Source of the DNA: an uncultured Clostridia bacterium | Lineage (GTDB): Bacteria > Bacillota > Clostridia > Oscillospirales > Acutalibacteraceae | Length of the DNA: 64,000 bases | Assembly: GCA_937896885.1 (NCBI GenBank) | Contig: CALBNX010000014.1 | Span: 5,061-69,060, forward strand | Direction of reading: 5' to 3' | In this document: piece after piece, positions 38,080-48,200 of the stretch | Position numbering within the stretch: position 1 is the first letter of the stretch | Layout: every line of letters starts with the position of its first letter | Made by a program: the position numbers and the translations under genes | Notes under the pieces: generated by a model | Told to the model about the DNA's origin: nothing | Seen by the model: only the letters and a program-made list of their open reading frames with translations | The model's database searches: none

Positions 38080-38382
38080 TTAAACCTCCATTTTCATATT
38101 GGTTTGCTGTTCTGCCCACATTACTGAAAGGTGAACAAGTGCGGCTCTCTGTTGCTCGGCAGAAAGACCATTGAGGAAGTCATAAAGTGTAACTTCGTCA
38201 TCTTTTTTAGTATGTCGCTGACTGCAATTATCACAGATTTTTTCTTTTTTCACTGTAACCGAACTACCATCAGGGTTTTCTGTGAAAGACAATACATCGT
38301 TATAACTGAATCCGATTCTCTGTCTGATTTCAAACGGAATGGTAATTCTTCCTCGTTTACCAAGAATTCTGAATAGTTTCAT
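38080..38382 (-). CDS. AbrB/SpoVT-type DNA-binding protein
   Basis: Start at MKLFRILGKRGRITIPFEIRQRIGF, a swapped-hairpin AbrB-like N-terminus. Confidence 0.55.
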   Translation of the reverse strand: MKLFRILGKRGRITIPFEIRQRIGFSYNDVLSFTENPDGSSVTVKKEKICDNCSQRHTKKDDEVTLYDFLNGLSAEQQRAALVHLSVMWAEQQTNMKMEV

Positions 38383-38651
38383 TACATCACATCCTTTACA
38401 CATTCCTCACAAAAATCGAAGCAAGGGCAGTTAGCACAATCTTCATCACAATCCATATTGAAAAATTCACATTCTTCGCAATTGCCGTCGCAGATGTAAT
38501 CATCTTCGTTTTCTGCAGCTTTAATTACAATAGTTCCTTTTCGAGCACTGATATATAAAATACCAGCCTGACCTGCACCAGCTTCTTCAAATATTTCAGT
38601 TGGAATTGCCAAAAGGACATATTCATTTGAATTTAGTTTTTTATCTTGCAT
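38382..38651 (-). CDS. Small acidic cysteine-rich protein
   Basis: Start at MQDKK with RBS AAGGAGTG. The C-terminal ~40 aa carry 11 Cys (DDYICDGNCEECEFFNMDCDEDCANCPCFDFCEECV). Confidence 0.45.
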   Translation of the reverse strand: MQDKKLNSNEYVLLAIPTEIFEEAGAGQAGILYISARKGTIVIKAAENEDDYICDGNCEECEFFNMDCDEDCANCPCFDFCEECVKDVM

Positions 38652-39652
38652 TGAACAATACACTCCTTTAAGATTTTTTCATAATTCACATCATCTTCTT
38701 TAATACCGTTATGAAGATTGAATAAAGTCATTTGCTTGGGTTTTGCTTTTTCTCTTTCGTATAAATCGTAATTACCGATAAGTAATTCTTTGAATTCTTT
38801 CCCGGCATCATATCGTTGAGCCATAGAGTGAGTACGAGAGAAATCAAGCATTGGAAAACCTTTATACAACTTCCTGATTTCAGGGCAATCGTTGTAGGAC
38901 AACAAAAACTTTCCATTGATATTTTTCAAGGTATCACGAAGCCTTACATGGTCATCCCATCCGAACTCAATCGCATACATATCTTCAGTAGAGAAATATG
39001 GCGGGTCAAGATAGAAGAAGGCATCATTTCTGTCATAGTGTCTAATCAGAGTTTCAAAGTCCTGATTTTCAACAACCACATTTGCCATTCTGTTTTCAAG
39101 TTCCTGAATAAGACCGAATAGTTTCCGTATATCAAATGGCTGTGAAGCGAAGGATTTACAACTACTTGAATAACTATAACGGAGCAATTTCAAAAACATT
39201 GAAGCTCTGCGTACATCATAATCTTTCGTTATCCTTGTACGGATTTCTTTAAGTTCATCTGCTTCAGGAACAGGGAATGACAACTCTGTCAATTTAAGTT
39301 CTTCCGAAAGGTATTCATCGCTGAACTGCTCATGGTCAAAGAACCTGCGGATTGCGATAAAATCCTCCCGGGAGTTTAGATTGCAGAAACCTAACTCACG
39401 AATTGTAGCCACTGTGCGTTCTTTCATACAATGAAAGAGGTTAGCTAAATTTCGGTCAAAGTCGTTATACACCTCAAAGGGATGTATTTCGGGTTTACCA
39501 AGTAACACACTACCTGAACCACCGAATACATCAATAAATCTGCCATAATTCACGGGAAATACGGCATAAAGAATATGTAGGATGGAAGATTTATTTCCCA
39601 CCCTTGATACAGGAGTTTTAATATTAACCACCTTACTTTCGTAAGGCATCAA
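38633..39652 (-). CDS. Orphan N6-adenine DNA methyltransferase (Dam / D12 class)
   Basis: Motif I FIDVFGGSGSV, NDFDRNLANLF, motif IV FFYLDPPYF. No adjacent endonuclease gene. Confidence 0.8.
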   Translation of the reverse strand: MMPYESKVVNIKTPVSRVGNKSSILHILYAVFPVNYGRFIDVFGGSGSVLLGKPEIHPFEVYNDFDRNLANLFHCMKERTVATIRELGFCNLNSREDFIAIRRFFDHEQFSDEYLSEELKLTELSFPVPEADELKEIRTRITKDYDVRRASMFLKLLRYSYSSSCKSFASQPFDIRKLFGLIQELENRMANVVVENQDFETLIRHYDRNDAFFYLDPPYFSTEDMYAIEFGWDDHVRLRDTLKNINGKFLLSYNDCPEIRKLYKGFPMLDFSRTHSMAQRYDAGKEFKELLIGNYDLYEREKAKPKQMTLFNLHNGIKEDDVNYEKILKECIVQCKIKN

Positions 39653-39708
39653 TCGTTCAAAACAAAAAGAGGTATCAATCTGTTAAAAACGATTGATACC
39701 GTAAATCT

Positions 39709-39813
39709 TTATCTATTCATATCTTCGTCAGATTTTGAAGCCGCATTGCAAAACGCCATTGCAATAATGCCAATCATACTGCCGACAACACAACCAATAA
39801 AAAATGCGAGCAT
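39709..39813 (-). CDS. Unannotated 34 aa hydrophobic peptide (MLAFFIGCVVGSMIGIIAMAFCNAASKSDEDMNR)
   Basis: RBS AGAGGTGAAAAT then ATG at 39813, stop at 39709-39711. Followed on the minus strand by the hairpin GGTATCAATC..GATTGATACC. Confidence 0.4.
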   Translation of the reverse strand: MLAFFIGCVVGSMIGIIAMAFCNAASKSDEDMNR

Positions 39814-39824
39814 ATTTTCACCTC

Positions 39825-41492
39825 TTAAATCATTTCATTGTCATAACTATGTGTTGATTCAATACAATGTTGCTCGAATGCAGAACCAACAGGAGTATGT
39901 AAATCAGGATGACCTGCATTAGTAATTGTGTATTCTTCAACTGTTATTACCGTTTCGGAAACATGAATATCTTTTAAGTATTTATGCACACCAAAGCAAC
40001 CCGTACCTAATGTTGTTACATGAGATGGAACAACAAATGCCTCAATGTTTTTACCCTGTGGATAGAAGTATAGTTTTGTTGTGTCTTTGCTATACAAAGC
40101 ACCATCAATAATGCATAAGTTTTCATTATTTTCTGAAACACTAAAGTATTCAACTGAACGCATATCTGCCAAAGCATTACCTTCGATGGTAGTTACTGTG
40201 TCAGGAATCTCTAATGTTTTAATTTTGCTACAGTATTGAAGTGCATATTTTTCAATTGTTGTTACACCAGATGGAATTTCAATACTTTCAAGAGATATAC
40301 ATGAGTAAAGGAGACCATAACTGAGTTTTGTAATTCCTTTCGGAATATTAATACTCTTTAATGCTTTACATTCACTAAATGCTCTATCTGCCATTGTTGT
40401 AACTGTTTCAGGAATTACAATACTTTCAAGTGCATAAGCATATCTGAATGCCCATAAGCCAATTGATTGTAAACCATAAGGTAAACTGACATTGGCAAGT
40501 AAATCACATTCACTGAAAGCAGAACTCCCAATGGATTTAACATTCTTTCCTACGACAAGAGTTACAAGACCTTTACAACGCGAAAAACTGCTGCTTGAAA
40601 CAGTCGTTAAACTTTCTGGAAGAATAACTTCAGTAAGAGCATAGCATTCATAAAAAGCTGAACTGCCAATGGTTTTAACGCTATTTGGAAAGTCAACATT
40701 ATTAAGCGCATGACATCTGTTAAATACATTATCTGCAATGATGGTTAAACTTTCAGGGAAGTCAATTGTTATTAAGTTTTCGCATTCATAAAAAGCACAT
40801 ACACCAATATTAATAATGCCTTCTTTGATAAGTGCGGTATTAAGTGTTTCTTTGTTCAAAGAGAATTCAGACTCTCTCGCATTCCAACCTTTCATTCTAC
40901 CGTCACTGTCATCGCCATTTTTAGTAACAAGAACAGCGGAATAATCCTCAGTAAACTGTGCGACAACATATTCAGGCTTTGTTGCACCAATACCGAAAAG
41001 TAACGGATTTTCATCGATTTCTTCAACGGTATAGTCTGTCTGTGTAATTTCTTTAACATCCACATTAAAGGTTACTGTTGCAGTATATACACCTGAATAG
41101 TTTACATCGCTTGAGGTTTTTGCAGTGAGTGTTGTTACTGCATCGTCACTTGCACCTGCTATCTGTTTGAGAACACTATCACCGGATGTGACTTCTTCAT
41201 CATCGGCATAAAAGGTATAAGGAATTGTAATGCCATTTGCTTCACGAAGTTTTAGTTGATTATCAAATTTTGCAGAAATATTCACTTCATATCCAAATGG
41301 AATAACCGCATCAGCGATTTTCACTTCTTGTCCGTCTGCATTAGCTTCAATATATTCAGGAAGGGTAACTGTGTAGCTACTTTCTACTGTATAATCTAAT
41401 GTTGCCGTTTTGCTTTCTGCAGCAAAGGAGGTTAACGGGAATGCCGTAAGGAGCGTGAGCAGAACGCAAAACATTGAGATAATTTTTTTCAT
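39825..41492 (-). CDS. Secreted BspA-type leucine-rich-repeat surface protein
   Basis: Signal peptide. About 12 repeats of the I(G/A)..AF..C..L..I.(I/L)P type, e.g. IGVCAFYECENLITIDFPESLTII and IGSSAFYECYALTEVILPESLTTV. Confidence 0.75.
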   Translation of the reverse strand: MKKIISMFCVLLTLLTAFPLTSFAAESKTATLDYTVESSYTVTLPEYIEANADGQEVKIADAVIPFGYEVNISAKFDNQLKLREANGITIPYTFYADDEEVTSGDSVLKQIAGASDDAVTTLTAKTSSDVNYSGVYTATVTFNVDVKEITQTDYTVEEIDENPLLFGIGATKPEYVVAQFTEDYSAVLVTKNGDDSDGRMKGWNARESEFSLNKETLNTALIKEGIINIGVCAFYECENLITIDFPESLTIIADNVFNRCHALNNVDFPNSVKTIGSSAFYECYALTEVILPESLTTVSSSSFSRCKGLVTLVVGKNVKSIGSSAFSECDLLANVSLPYGLQSIGLWAFRYAYALESIVIPETVTTMADRAFSECKALKSINIPKGITKLSYGLLYSCISLESIEIPSGVTTIEKYALQYCSKIKTLEIPDTVTTIEGNALADMRSVEYFSVSENNENLCIIDGALYSKDTTKLYFYPQGKNIEAFVVPSHVTTLGTGCFGVHKYLKDIHVSETVITVEEYTITNAGHPDLHTPVGSAFEQHCIESTHSYDNEMI

Positions 41493-41551
41493 AACTTTTC
41501 TCCTTAATTAAGATTAATAGCCCCAAGGCAAGAAGGGGCTACAGTAATTAC

Positions 41552-42079
41552 TTAGGCTACAGATACTACGAAGTTTGCAGTGTTTGCATACATGCCTGAA
41601 TAGATTGGTGCTTCAGTAAGAATACCACCGATTGCAACAGTTGTTACGCTTGTTGGGTTACCTGCATCAACAGTAAGGATTGTATCGCCTGTGTTGATAT
41701 CAGAACCATCTACCTGAAGACCATATCCGATTGTTACTTCACCGTTATCTCTCAATTTGAGCTCATCATTGTATGTGATGTCAATTGAAAGAGTTGTGTT
41801 GTATGGAATAAGAACTTCTTTAGCAGTAATGTTCTGTGTAACAGGGCTCTTATTCATTGGAGCAGCTTCAATGTAGTCAGGGATTGTTACTTTATATGTA
41901 CCTGATACTTCATCGTCTGTTGGGTCATCGAGGTCATTCGGATTACCAAATTCACCAATTTTGTAATATACGGTTGAGTCACCTGATGGGGCGGTCTGGT
42001 CAAGTTCACCTGCAAATGCAGTTACTGACATAAGGCAAAGAGCCATAACGAGTGTGATAATTGTAATAAGTCTTTTCAT
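41552..42079 (-). CDS. Secreted protein paralogous to the N-terminal domain of the LRR protein
   Basis: Signal peptide. YKVTIPDYIEAAP...ELKLRDNGEVTIGY...YSGMYANTANFVVSV aligns with YTVTLPEYIEANA...QLKLREANGITIPY...YSGVYTATVTFNVDV of ORF 39825-41492. Confidence 0.55.
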   Translation of the reverse strand: MKRLITIITLVMALCLMSVTAFAGELDQTAPSGDSTVYYKIGEFGNPNDLDDPTDDEVSGTYKVTIPDYIEAAPMNKSPVTQNITAKEVLIPYNTTLSIDITYNDELKLRDNGEVTIGYGLQVDGSDINTGDTILTVDAGNPTSVTTVAIGGILTEAPIYSGMYANTANFVVSVA

Positions 42080-42144
42080 AATTTTTTACCTACCTTTTTA
42101 AATTTTTGATATATATCTTCGGTTATCTTGCCTGCGTATAACCG

Positions 42145-42882
42145 TCAGATAACATTGATTGTGATTTTTGTATCTGCTGAATTCATCTTTGCTCCTGTTT
42201 CAAGCTCATTTGTAAGAATTGAAACAAATGCCGTACATGTACCTTTTTCTAAAGGTTCATTGATTTTGATTCTTTTGATTTCATTACCAGGTGGAACATG
42301 GTCTGACTGGTAAAGTACAGTTCCATCTTCCAAGGTGATAATGAAGGTGAAATAACAGGGATTACCGTCAGGGTTTTTGAGTGAGATAGGTAGATTTCCT
42401 GTTTCGCCAGCTTTTACGTTCCATTCGGTAAATCCACAGATTGTTATTTGATTTCTTTCTGCTTCTTCTGTCGTTTCTTCAATATCCACAAACTGTTCAA
42501 TTACTGGATTCCAAGGTTCGTCATCAACCGTTGGCTCGTTTGGATGAAACATTGTGAGCAAGCAGAGAAGTATTGCTATTAAAAGGATGAATGGCAAGAG
42601 ACTTGGTCTGATAATAGCGTAATAGTTGTCATCATTTCCTTTTACATATCCTCTTACTACAGAGAACATAGGCCTTTCTTTAAATAAATCAAAAGAATTC
42701 TTTTCAGTCTGAATAGTATTCTCTGTACGAGATTTCCTGAAATGAAAAAAACCTTGAATGGATGTTTCATCACACTCAAGGCTCTTAAATCTCTTTTTGG
42801 ATATATAGCGAATTGCTTCTTTTTGATATTTTATGACTTTGTCGTAAGCAGGGTCATTTCTCTTAATCTGAACTATATTCAT
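42145..42882 (-). CDS. Single-pass membrane protein
   Basis: Central TM helix LLPFILLIAILLCLLTMF with a beta-rich C-terminal ectodomain. Confidence 0.5.
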   Translation of the reverse strand: MNIVQIKRNDPAYDKVIKYQKEAIRYISKKRFKSLECDETSIQGFFHFRKSRTENTIQTEKNSFDLFKERPMFSVVRGYVKGNDDNYYAIIRPSLLPFILLIAILLCLLTMFHPNEPTVDDEPWNPVIEQFVDIEETTEEAERNQITICGFTEWNVKAGETGNLPISLKNPDGNPCYFTFIITLEDGTVLYQSDHVPPGNEIKRIKINEPLEKGTCTAFVSILTNELETGAKMNSADTKITINVI

Positions 42883-42903
42883 AATGACTTTCCTTTCTTT
42901 TAA

Positions 42904-43473
42904 TTACATTTGTGGCTCATAATCTTCATCGGCATCTTCGTTCATTTCGTCATCTGATGTGATGTTTACATACTCACCGATAACATAAAGAGCTTCTTCA
43001 TAACTGCCGGATGCTTTTACCTTATCACGCATCTCTACTGCTTGTTCAGCCATTCCGTTATCACGGAGTGTCTTTGAAGCAATGCCGATAAGATTGAAGA
43101 TGTTACCATCCTTACCAATAAGAGGACAGTCAGGTTTGTGCTTTTTCTCAGCATAACCACCCAACTGGTTTGGTATGAAATCTGAAAGCCATGTGCCGCC
43201 AAATGAATTGTATGTATGCAATCTCCAGATGGCGAATTTACCGATATCAAGTTCCACATCATCAAACGGGAATAACAGACAAGTCAAGTCATTATGAGTG
43301 AAGCTCTGACAGTCAGTAAATTTTGTGTTATTCAAAAGAATACCATGTTTAGTCAATTCTTCATTAATTCCGTCAACCCATTCCTGAAGGTCACCACCGC
43401 AACCCTGAAGAATTAAACCTTCCTTTTCATTCATTTGAGGAATAGCATCAGTTGTAATGTTTGTAATACTCAT
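42904..43473 (-). CDS. Hypothetical ICE protein
   Basis: 189 aa, acidic C-terminus, no motif recognised. ATGA-type overlap with the upstream gene. Confidence 0.45.
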   Translation of the reverse strand: MSITNITTDAIPQMNEKEGLILQGCGGDLQEWVDGINEELTKHGILLNNTKFTDCQSFTHNDLTCLLFPFDDVELDIGKFAIWRLHTYNSFGGTWLSDFIPNQLGGYAEKKHKPDCPLIGKDGNIFNLIGIASKTLRDNGMAEQAVEMRDKVKASGSYEEALYVIGEYVNITSDDEMNEDADEDYEPQM

Positions 43474-44543
43474 AAACTTAATTCTCCTATATCTTCGGAT
43501 TCGTCCTCATCAACATCTTCAGGCATCGTGTAATCACCGTCAATGTAGTCACCGAAAGTAACTGAATCATCACCAACAAAATGAGGTTTTGTGTCTTCAT
43601 CAAAGGCAATGAACTTCTGAATACCTAAATCAAGTTTTTCATTGATGACAATAGTACCGCCGAAGTTTACTGTTACGTTTTCTTCCAATGTACTGTATTC
43701 TCCGGAATCATCTGTACGGATATGGTAATAGTGAAGAGCTTTTGGAACATCGTGGTCAGTCAATTTTTTATCTGAATACAATGCAGGTTTACCAAGAACT
43801 TCGACAAGCTCATAGTCACCATAATGAACAGAGATATAGTCATTTTCTGCAATATTGAGAACAAGACCAATTTCTTCGAGGTCATAGTCCATAACTTTTG
43901 CCGCAAATTCAATGGCTACTTTATCACTTTCGGGATAATACTCTGATACAAGTTCACCATTTTCGTATTCCCATCTGCCACAGTTCTGACCGATATCTTC
44001 GTCAGCCCATTCATGACTGAATTTAATATTAGGAAACATTTCAGCAAGCTTATTAATGACAGGGTGAGGTGATGACCATGCAGTTGTGAAATACAGAGCA
44101 TCCATTTTGGCGTAGGACATATCCTCACTATAGCCATAGGAATTCCACTTTGTACCCCAGTTATTGATACTCCACTCATACCATGTTGAGTAGCCATACT
44201 GATAAGCATTCTGGAATGCTTTCTTTCCTAATTCCCAATCTCCTCGTTCAATATCCTTGCGGATTTCAAGGAATTTTTCTTCACTTTCAGCAGGGACATT
44301 AAGTAAATCTAAATTCTCAACTTTTCTCCCGAAAGTATAAATTTCGAGGAATTCCTTGTATGCTTTAAGGCCTCTGTCTGTCCTGCTACCACTTTCAATA
44401 TTTAGTGATTCAGGCATTGGAATGAGTTTGTTAAAGTCAATAGTACCGATACCGAATTCGTCAACTTTAATCTGCTCAAGCATTTCTTTGATTCTGTCGG
44501 CATCGCCCTCATATTTAACTATGTTAGTAATATGGTTTGGCAT
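43470..44543 (-). CDS. Hypothetical ICE protein
   Basis: 357 aa. The N-terminus MPNHITNIVKYEGDADRIKEM resembles DUF1281-like plasmid/ICE proteins (from memory). Acidic C-terminus. Confidence 0.4.
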   Translation of the reverse strand: MPNHITNIVKYEGDADRIKEMLEQIKVDEFGIGTIDFNKLIPMPESLNIESGSRTDRGLKAYKEFLEIYTFGRKVENLDLLNVPAESEEKFLEIRKDIERGDWELGKKAFQNAYQYGYSTWYEWSINNWGTKWNSYGYSEDMSYAKMDALYFTTAWSSPHPVINKLAEMFPNIKFSHEWADEDIGQNCGRWEYENGELVSEYYPESDKVAIEFAAKVMDYDLEEIGLVLNIAENDYISVHYGDYELVEVLGKPALYSDKKLTDHDVPKALHYYHIRTDDSGEYSTLEENVTVNFGGTIVINEKLDLGIQKFIAFDEDTKPHFVGDDSVTFGDYIDGDYTMPEDVDEDESEDIGELSL

Positions 44544-44637
44544 TTTTGTTTCTCTCCTTTATTAGTTATTTCCGAAAAAAGGCATAAAAAATCGGACTAC
44601 CTAAAGGTATCCGAGACTTCCATACTTTTATTCAATT

Positions 44638-44949
44638 TTACATTTCTATAACTGGATTATTATCTTCGTCCACATCATCGATATCTTGTGTTGTGTCTTG
44701 TTCTTCTGCAAGTTCCTGTTCGGTGAGTTTGCGAAAGGAATCTTCGCCTGGGACAAGACCTAACTGTCTGCCATTGTCAAAACTGCAATGGACAGTACCG
44801 AGTGAGTCAACTGTTCTTACAGTTCCTCTTGTGTTCGGCGGAATTGGTCGTGGGTCATCACCCATGTGCAAAAGCAACACTCTCGTTCTAGCGGGATATT
44901 GCTTTTTATATGTTTCCGCCTGTCTGCTCAATCTTTCCCATTCGTTCAT
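44638..44949 (-). CDS. DUF4314-like small protein
   Basis: RVLLLHMGDDPRPIPPNTRGTVRTVDSLGTVHCSFDNGRQLGLVPGEDSF matches the DUF4314 pattern common on Firmicutes conjugative elements. Confidence 0.55.
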   Translation of the reverse strand: MNEWERLSRQAETYKKQYPARTRVLLLHMGDDPRPIPPNTRGTVRTVDSLGTVHCSFDNGRQLGLVPGEDSFRKLTEQELAEEQDTTQDIDDVDEDNNPVIEM

Positions 44950-45035
44950 TTTTTCACCTCCTTGAATGGTTAATTTATATTTGATAGAATGTTTTTACTT
45001 AAATCATTTCTATCACCAACTCCTTTCAGGCATAA

Positions 45036-45067
45036 AACAAGAGCTAATCGTTTGATTAACTCTTGTT
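45036..45067 (-). terminator. Strong hairpin at the ICE / defence-island junction
   Basis: Stem AACAAGAGCTAATC / GATTAACTCTTGTT (13 of 14 bp), loop GTTT. On the minus strand it is followed by TTTTAT. Confidence 0.35.
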
Positions 45068-45267
45068 ACTGTTGTTAATATAAGATATTCATCCTCAAAT
45101 AAAATTTCGATTATTTTTATATAGATATACATTACTTGATTTTGTTGTAATAAATAGATATAATAATATGTAGTATTTTATCACAATATGTCTTTTTTTA
45201 TATTGTGATTTGAAATCAATTTTGAGAGATAGATGATTATCTCTGTGCGGAAAAGGAAGGATACAAT

Positions 45268-48200
45268 ATGGCAAGCAAAGAAATGAAGATTCATATTGAT
45301 TTACTAAAACGCAGAGGCAACTTTTTTACCAATATAGGCTTATTAATTTCAATAAATAATGGAGATGACTATTATAATATAATAAAAAAGTATTTTACAG
45401 ATTCTAATCCAATTAATAGAAAATCTTTTTTTCACAATAATTATAATGATGTATTAGAATATACCCCTACTGGACAAACCGCTAACTTATTAAAAATGTT
45501 ATTATGGAGTAGTACTATTATATCTTTCTATAAAGAAGAAATTGTAAATTTTGTTTCCATAAAGAAAAAATTTGATTATTATGTTTTAACCGGAGATTAT
45601 GAAAACGCATTAAAAGAATTGGATTACATAGAAAACAATATAAGCTTTTCTATGTGGTCACTCAAAAATAGAATAATGCTTGCTAACTTAAGAGGCGACA
45701 GAGTTGATGAATATATTAATTCCTTGAATTTAAATAAATATGCAACATCACATGCTAACTTATATGCTCATTTTACAAAAGTTGAGTGTAATGTTAATGA
45801 ATATATTAAAAATATAGAACATATTACTAATACTTTGCCAAAAGATTATGTAAATTGTTTTTTATATCTATATGGTGATGTTGATGATATAGAAATTGAA
45901 AACTATTCTAATGTTTTAGCATATTGTAATGCTTATTCAATTATTGATAGCTATCTTTGCATTAAAAGAATTCTACATAGTTATTTATCAACAGAAGAGT
46001 TTGAAAACAAGCTAATACAAAAAAGCATAGATATCTTATCATGCATAGAGAACGATGATGAACTATTACTTTTTATATCACACAACATCCCTAAAGATAT
46101 GAATATGTCTTCTTCCTGTGAAAGATTATTTGCTGATTTTAGTCATAAGAATTATGAAAAAATCTTTATAAATCGAAATAACTATTTACTAGATATCTCA
46201 GCATGTAGTCTCATAAAAATTATTATTATCACGATATCTGGTATTCTTTCTAATAAAATTGATAATAATTTTTCAGAAAAAAGCATTTTGGATTCCATTA
46301 TTCTTTCTTTATACAGAGTTTTAAAGTCTGATAACCTATATGATTTTCGTATTGGATTGTCAAAAATGGAAAGTTATAATAGAGTATTACGTTGGTTTGA
46401 TATATCAAATCCCTTAGGTCTCTTTTGGAAGAATTGTTTAAGTTATATAGAGGAGAATCCGATAGAAAAATGCTTTTCTATCGATGATAAAATACTTTAT
46501 AATAAGATTGTAGATTTACAAGTTCCGCCAATCTTTTTCGAATCGCTTTATCATTATACAAAAATGGATTTTGATTATTCTGATATTAAAAAAGATTTTA
46601 CTGATAATGAGAATAATATCTTTATAATATCATTGCTTTACATACAATATTATGTCGCGCTAGGCAAAAAGGACTACTATTTTGCTACTGATATTTTCTC
46701 AAAGGCTATTGCTAATTTTACTCCATTAATATATAGATTTAGAGTTGATGAAGTTTGTAAACATGTTATAAATAATATTACTATAAAAGAATCAGTAACA
46801 ATAAGTGATGTTATTTTTTCCTTCAATGTGAATGATTTAAAACCATACAAACTTATAGCTTATAAGAATTTTTTGGATGAAAACAACATTGTAAAGCCTT
46901 TAGAGATTATTAATTTGCCTATAGATAAGCAGCTTAAAATATATTTTCTTAAAGAAATTTGCACGATTGACACAATGACATGTCTCTATGTTACATTTCC
47001 TAATAGTAATGAGATTGAAAACCATAGAATAGAAATCTGCAAATTCTTACTTGAGAATGATCCTTCAAATAAAGGCTCATATGGTAAAGAAATATCAGAA
47101 ATATTAAAAGAACAAGAAGTAAGAAAATTAAACAAAACTATTGATAAGTCTAAATTAAGTATAGATTACCAATATATTTTAGATAAAACATATGAACAAT
47201 TCTTAGATTTAACTAAAATGTATTATGATACTAGACCAGATGCAATAGAGTATGTTTCTTTTTCGTCACCAATGATTATCAGCACTGAACCACAAAGTTG
47301 GCGTTTTATTGCTTTGTCTCGCGATATTGTACTCGAAAATATGTATAAAGTATATGCCGCAGAGTTCTGTTTTGGAAGCAGGGGCCTTGATACATACCTT
47401 AGTACACGAGTACGACATGGAACTTTTGAAAACACAATAAAGAAAGTGTTTATAGAAAATAATCTATATAACACTGAAAACAATTTTTTTAAATCTATGT
47501 TTTCAAAAGAGCATGTTTCACAAAAAATTACGGAGGTTATAAAAGACTTTAGAGAACAATTACTTAATAGGATTCATGTTTTGACAAACACAACATTTAA
47601 AGTATTTATTGAAAATGAGATAAAAGGAGCTCTTTTCGATTATTATATGGATACAAAAGATGTAGCAATAATATACAAACAATTGAATTTAAAAGAATCA
47701 TTTTCAGTTCTTGATTTTATAAACATTATTTCGGATACAATAGTAATAAAAACAAACGAATATCTTGCGTTTATTAGAGACGCTGTTTTAGAAAATCTTA
47801 AAAGCGAGATTATTGACTTGTTAGATAATTTAAATGCCGATGTAGAAATCTACTGCTTGGAAGCTTCAGCACTTTCTAATATTAGAAATAACATATCTAG
47901 AAGCAAAACAAACATTCAAAACAAAATAGATGATATAAAAAATTGGTTTTACCTATCCGAATCAATTCCTATGGAAAACTATACAATTGACAAATTGATT
48001 GATGTGTTAAACAAGAATTTATGTCAGCAGTTTGATGATTTTAATTTAATTGATTTAAAAACTAACAACTCTATTTCAAAAGATTTTGTAGGTGAATCTT
48101 TCGTTTATCTTTACGATATACTGCACATTCTTTTGTCAAATGCAATTATTCATTCAAAATTTGAAAATTTAAATGAATTGAAAATTATTTTGGAGACAAC

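Larger units (their letters stand above)
17959..44949 (-). mobile_element. Conjugation (ICE-type, Firmicutes T4SS) module, probably decayed or immobile
   Basis: Contiguous minus-strand genes for a coupling protein, Toprim protein, relaxase, VirB4, VirB3-like, VirB6-like and VirB2-like proteins, a C40 hydrolase, an adhesin and an orphan methylase. Plus-strand cargo is inserted at 21.0-24.2 kb. No recombinase lies inside; the nearest is at 8506-9414. Confidence 0.8.
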
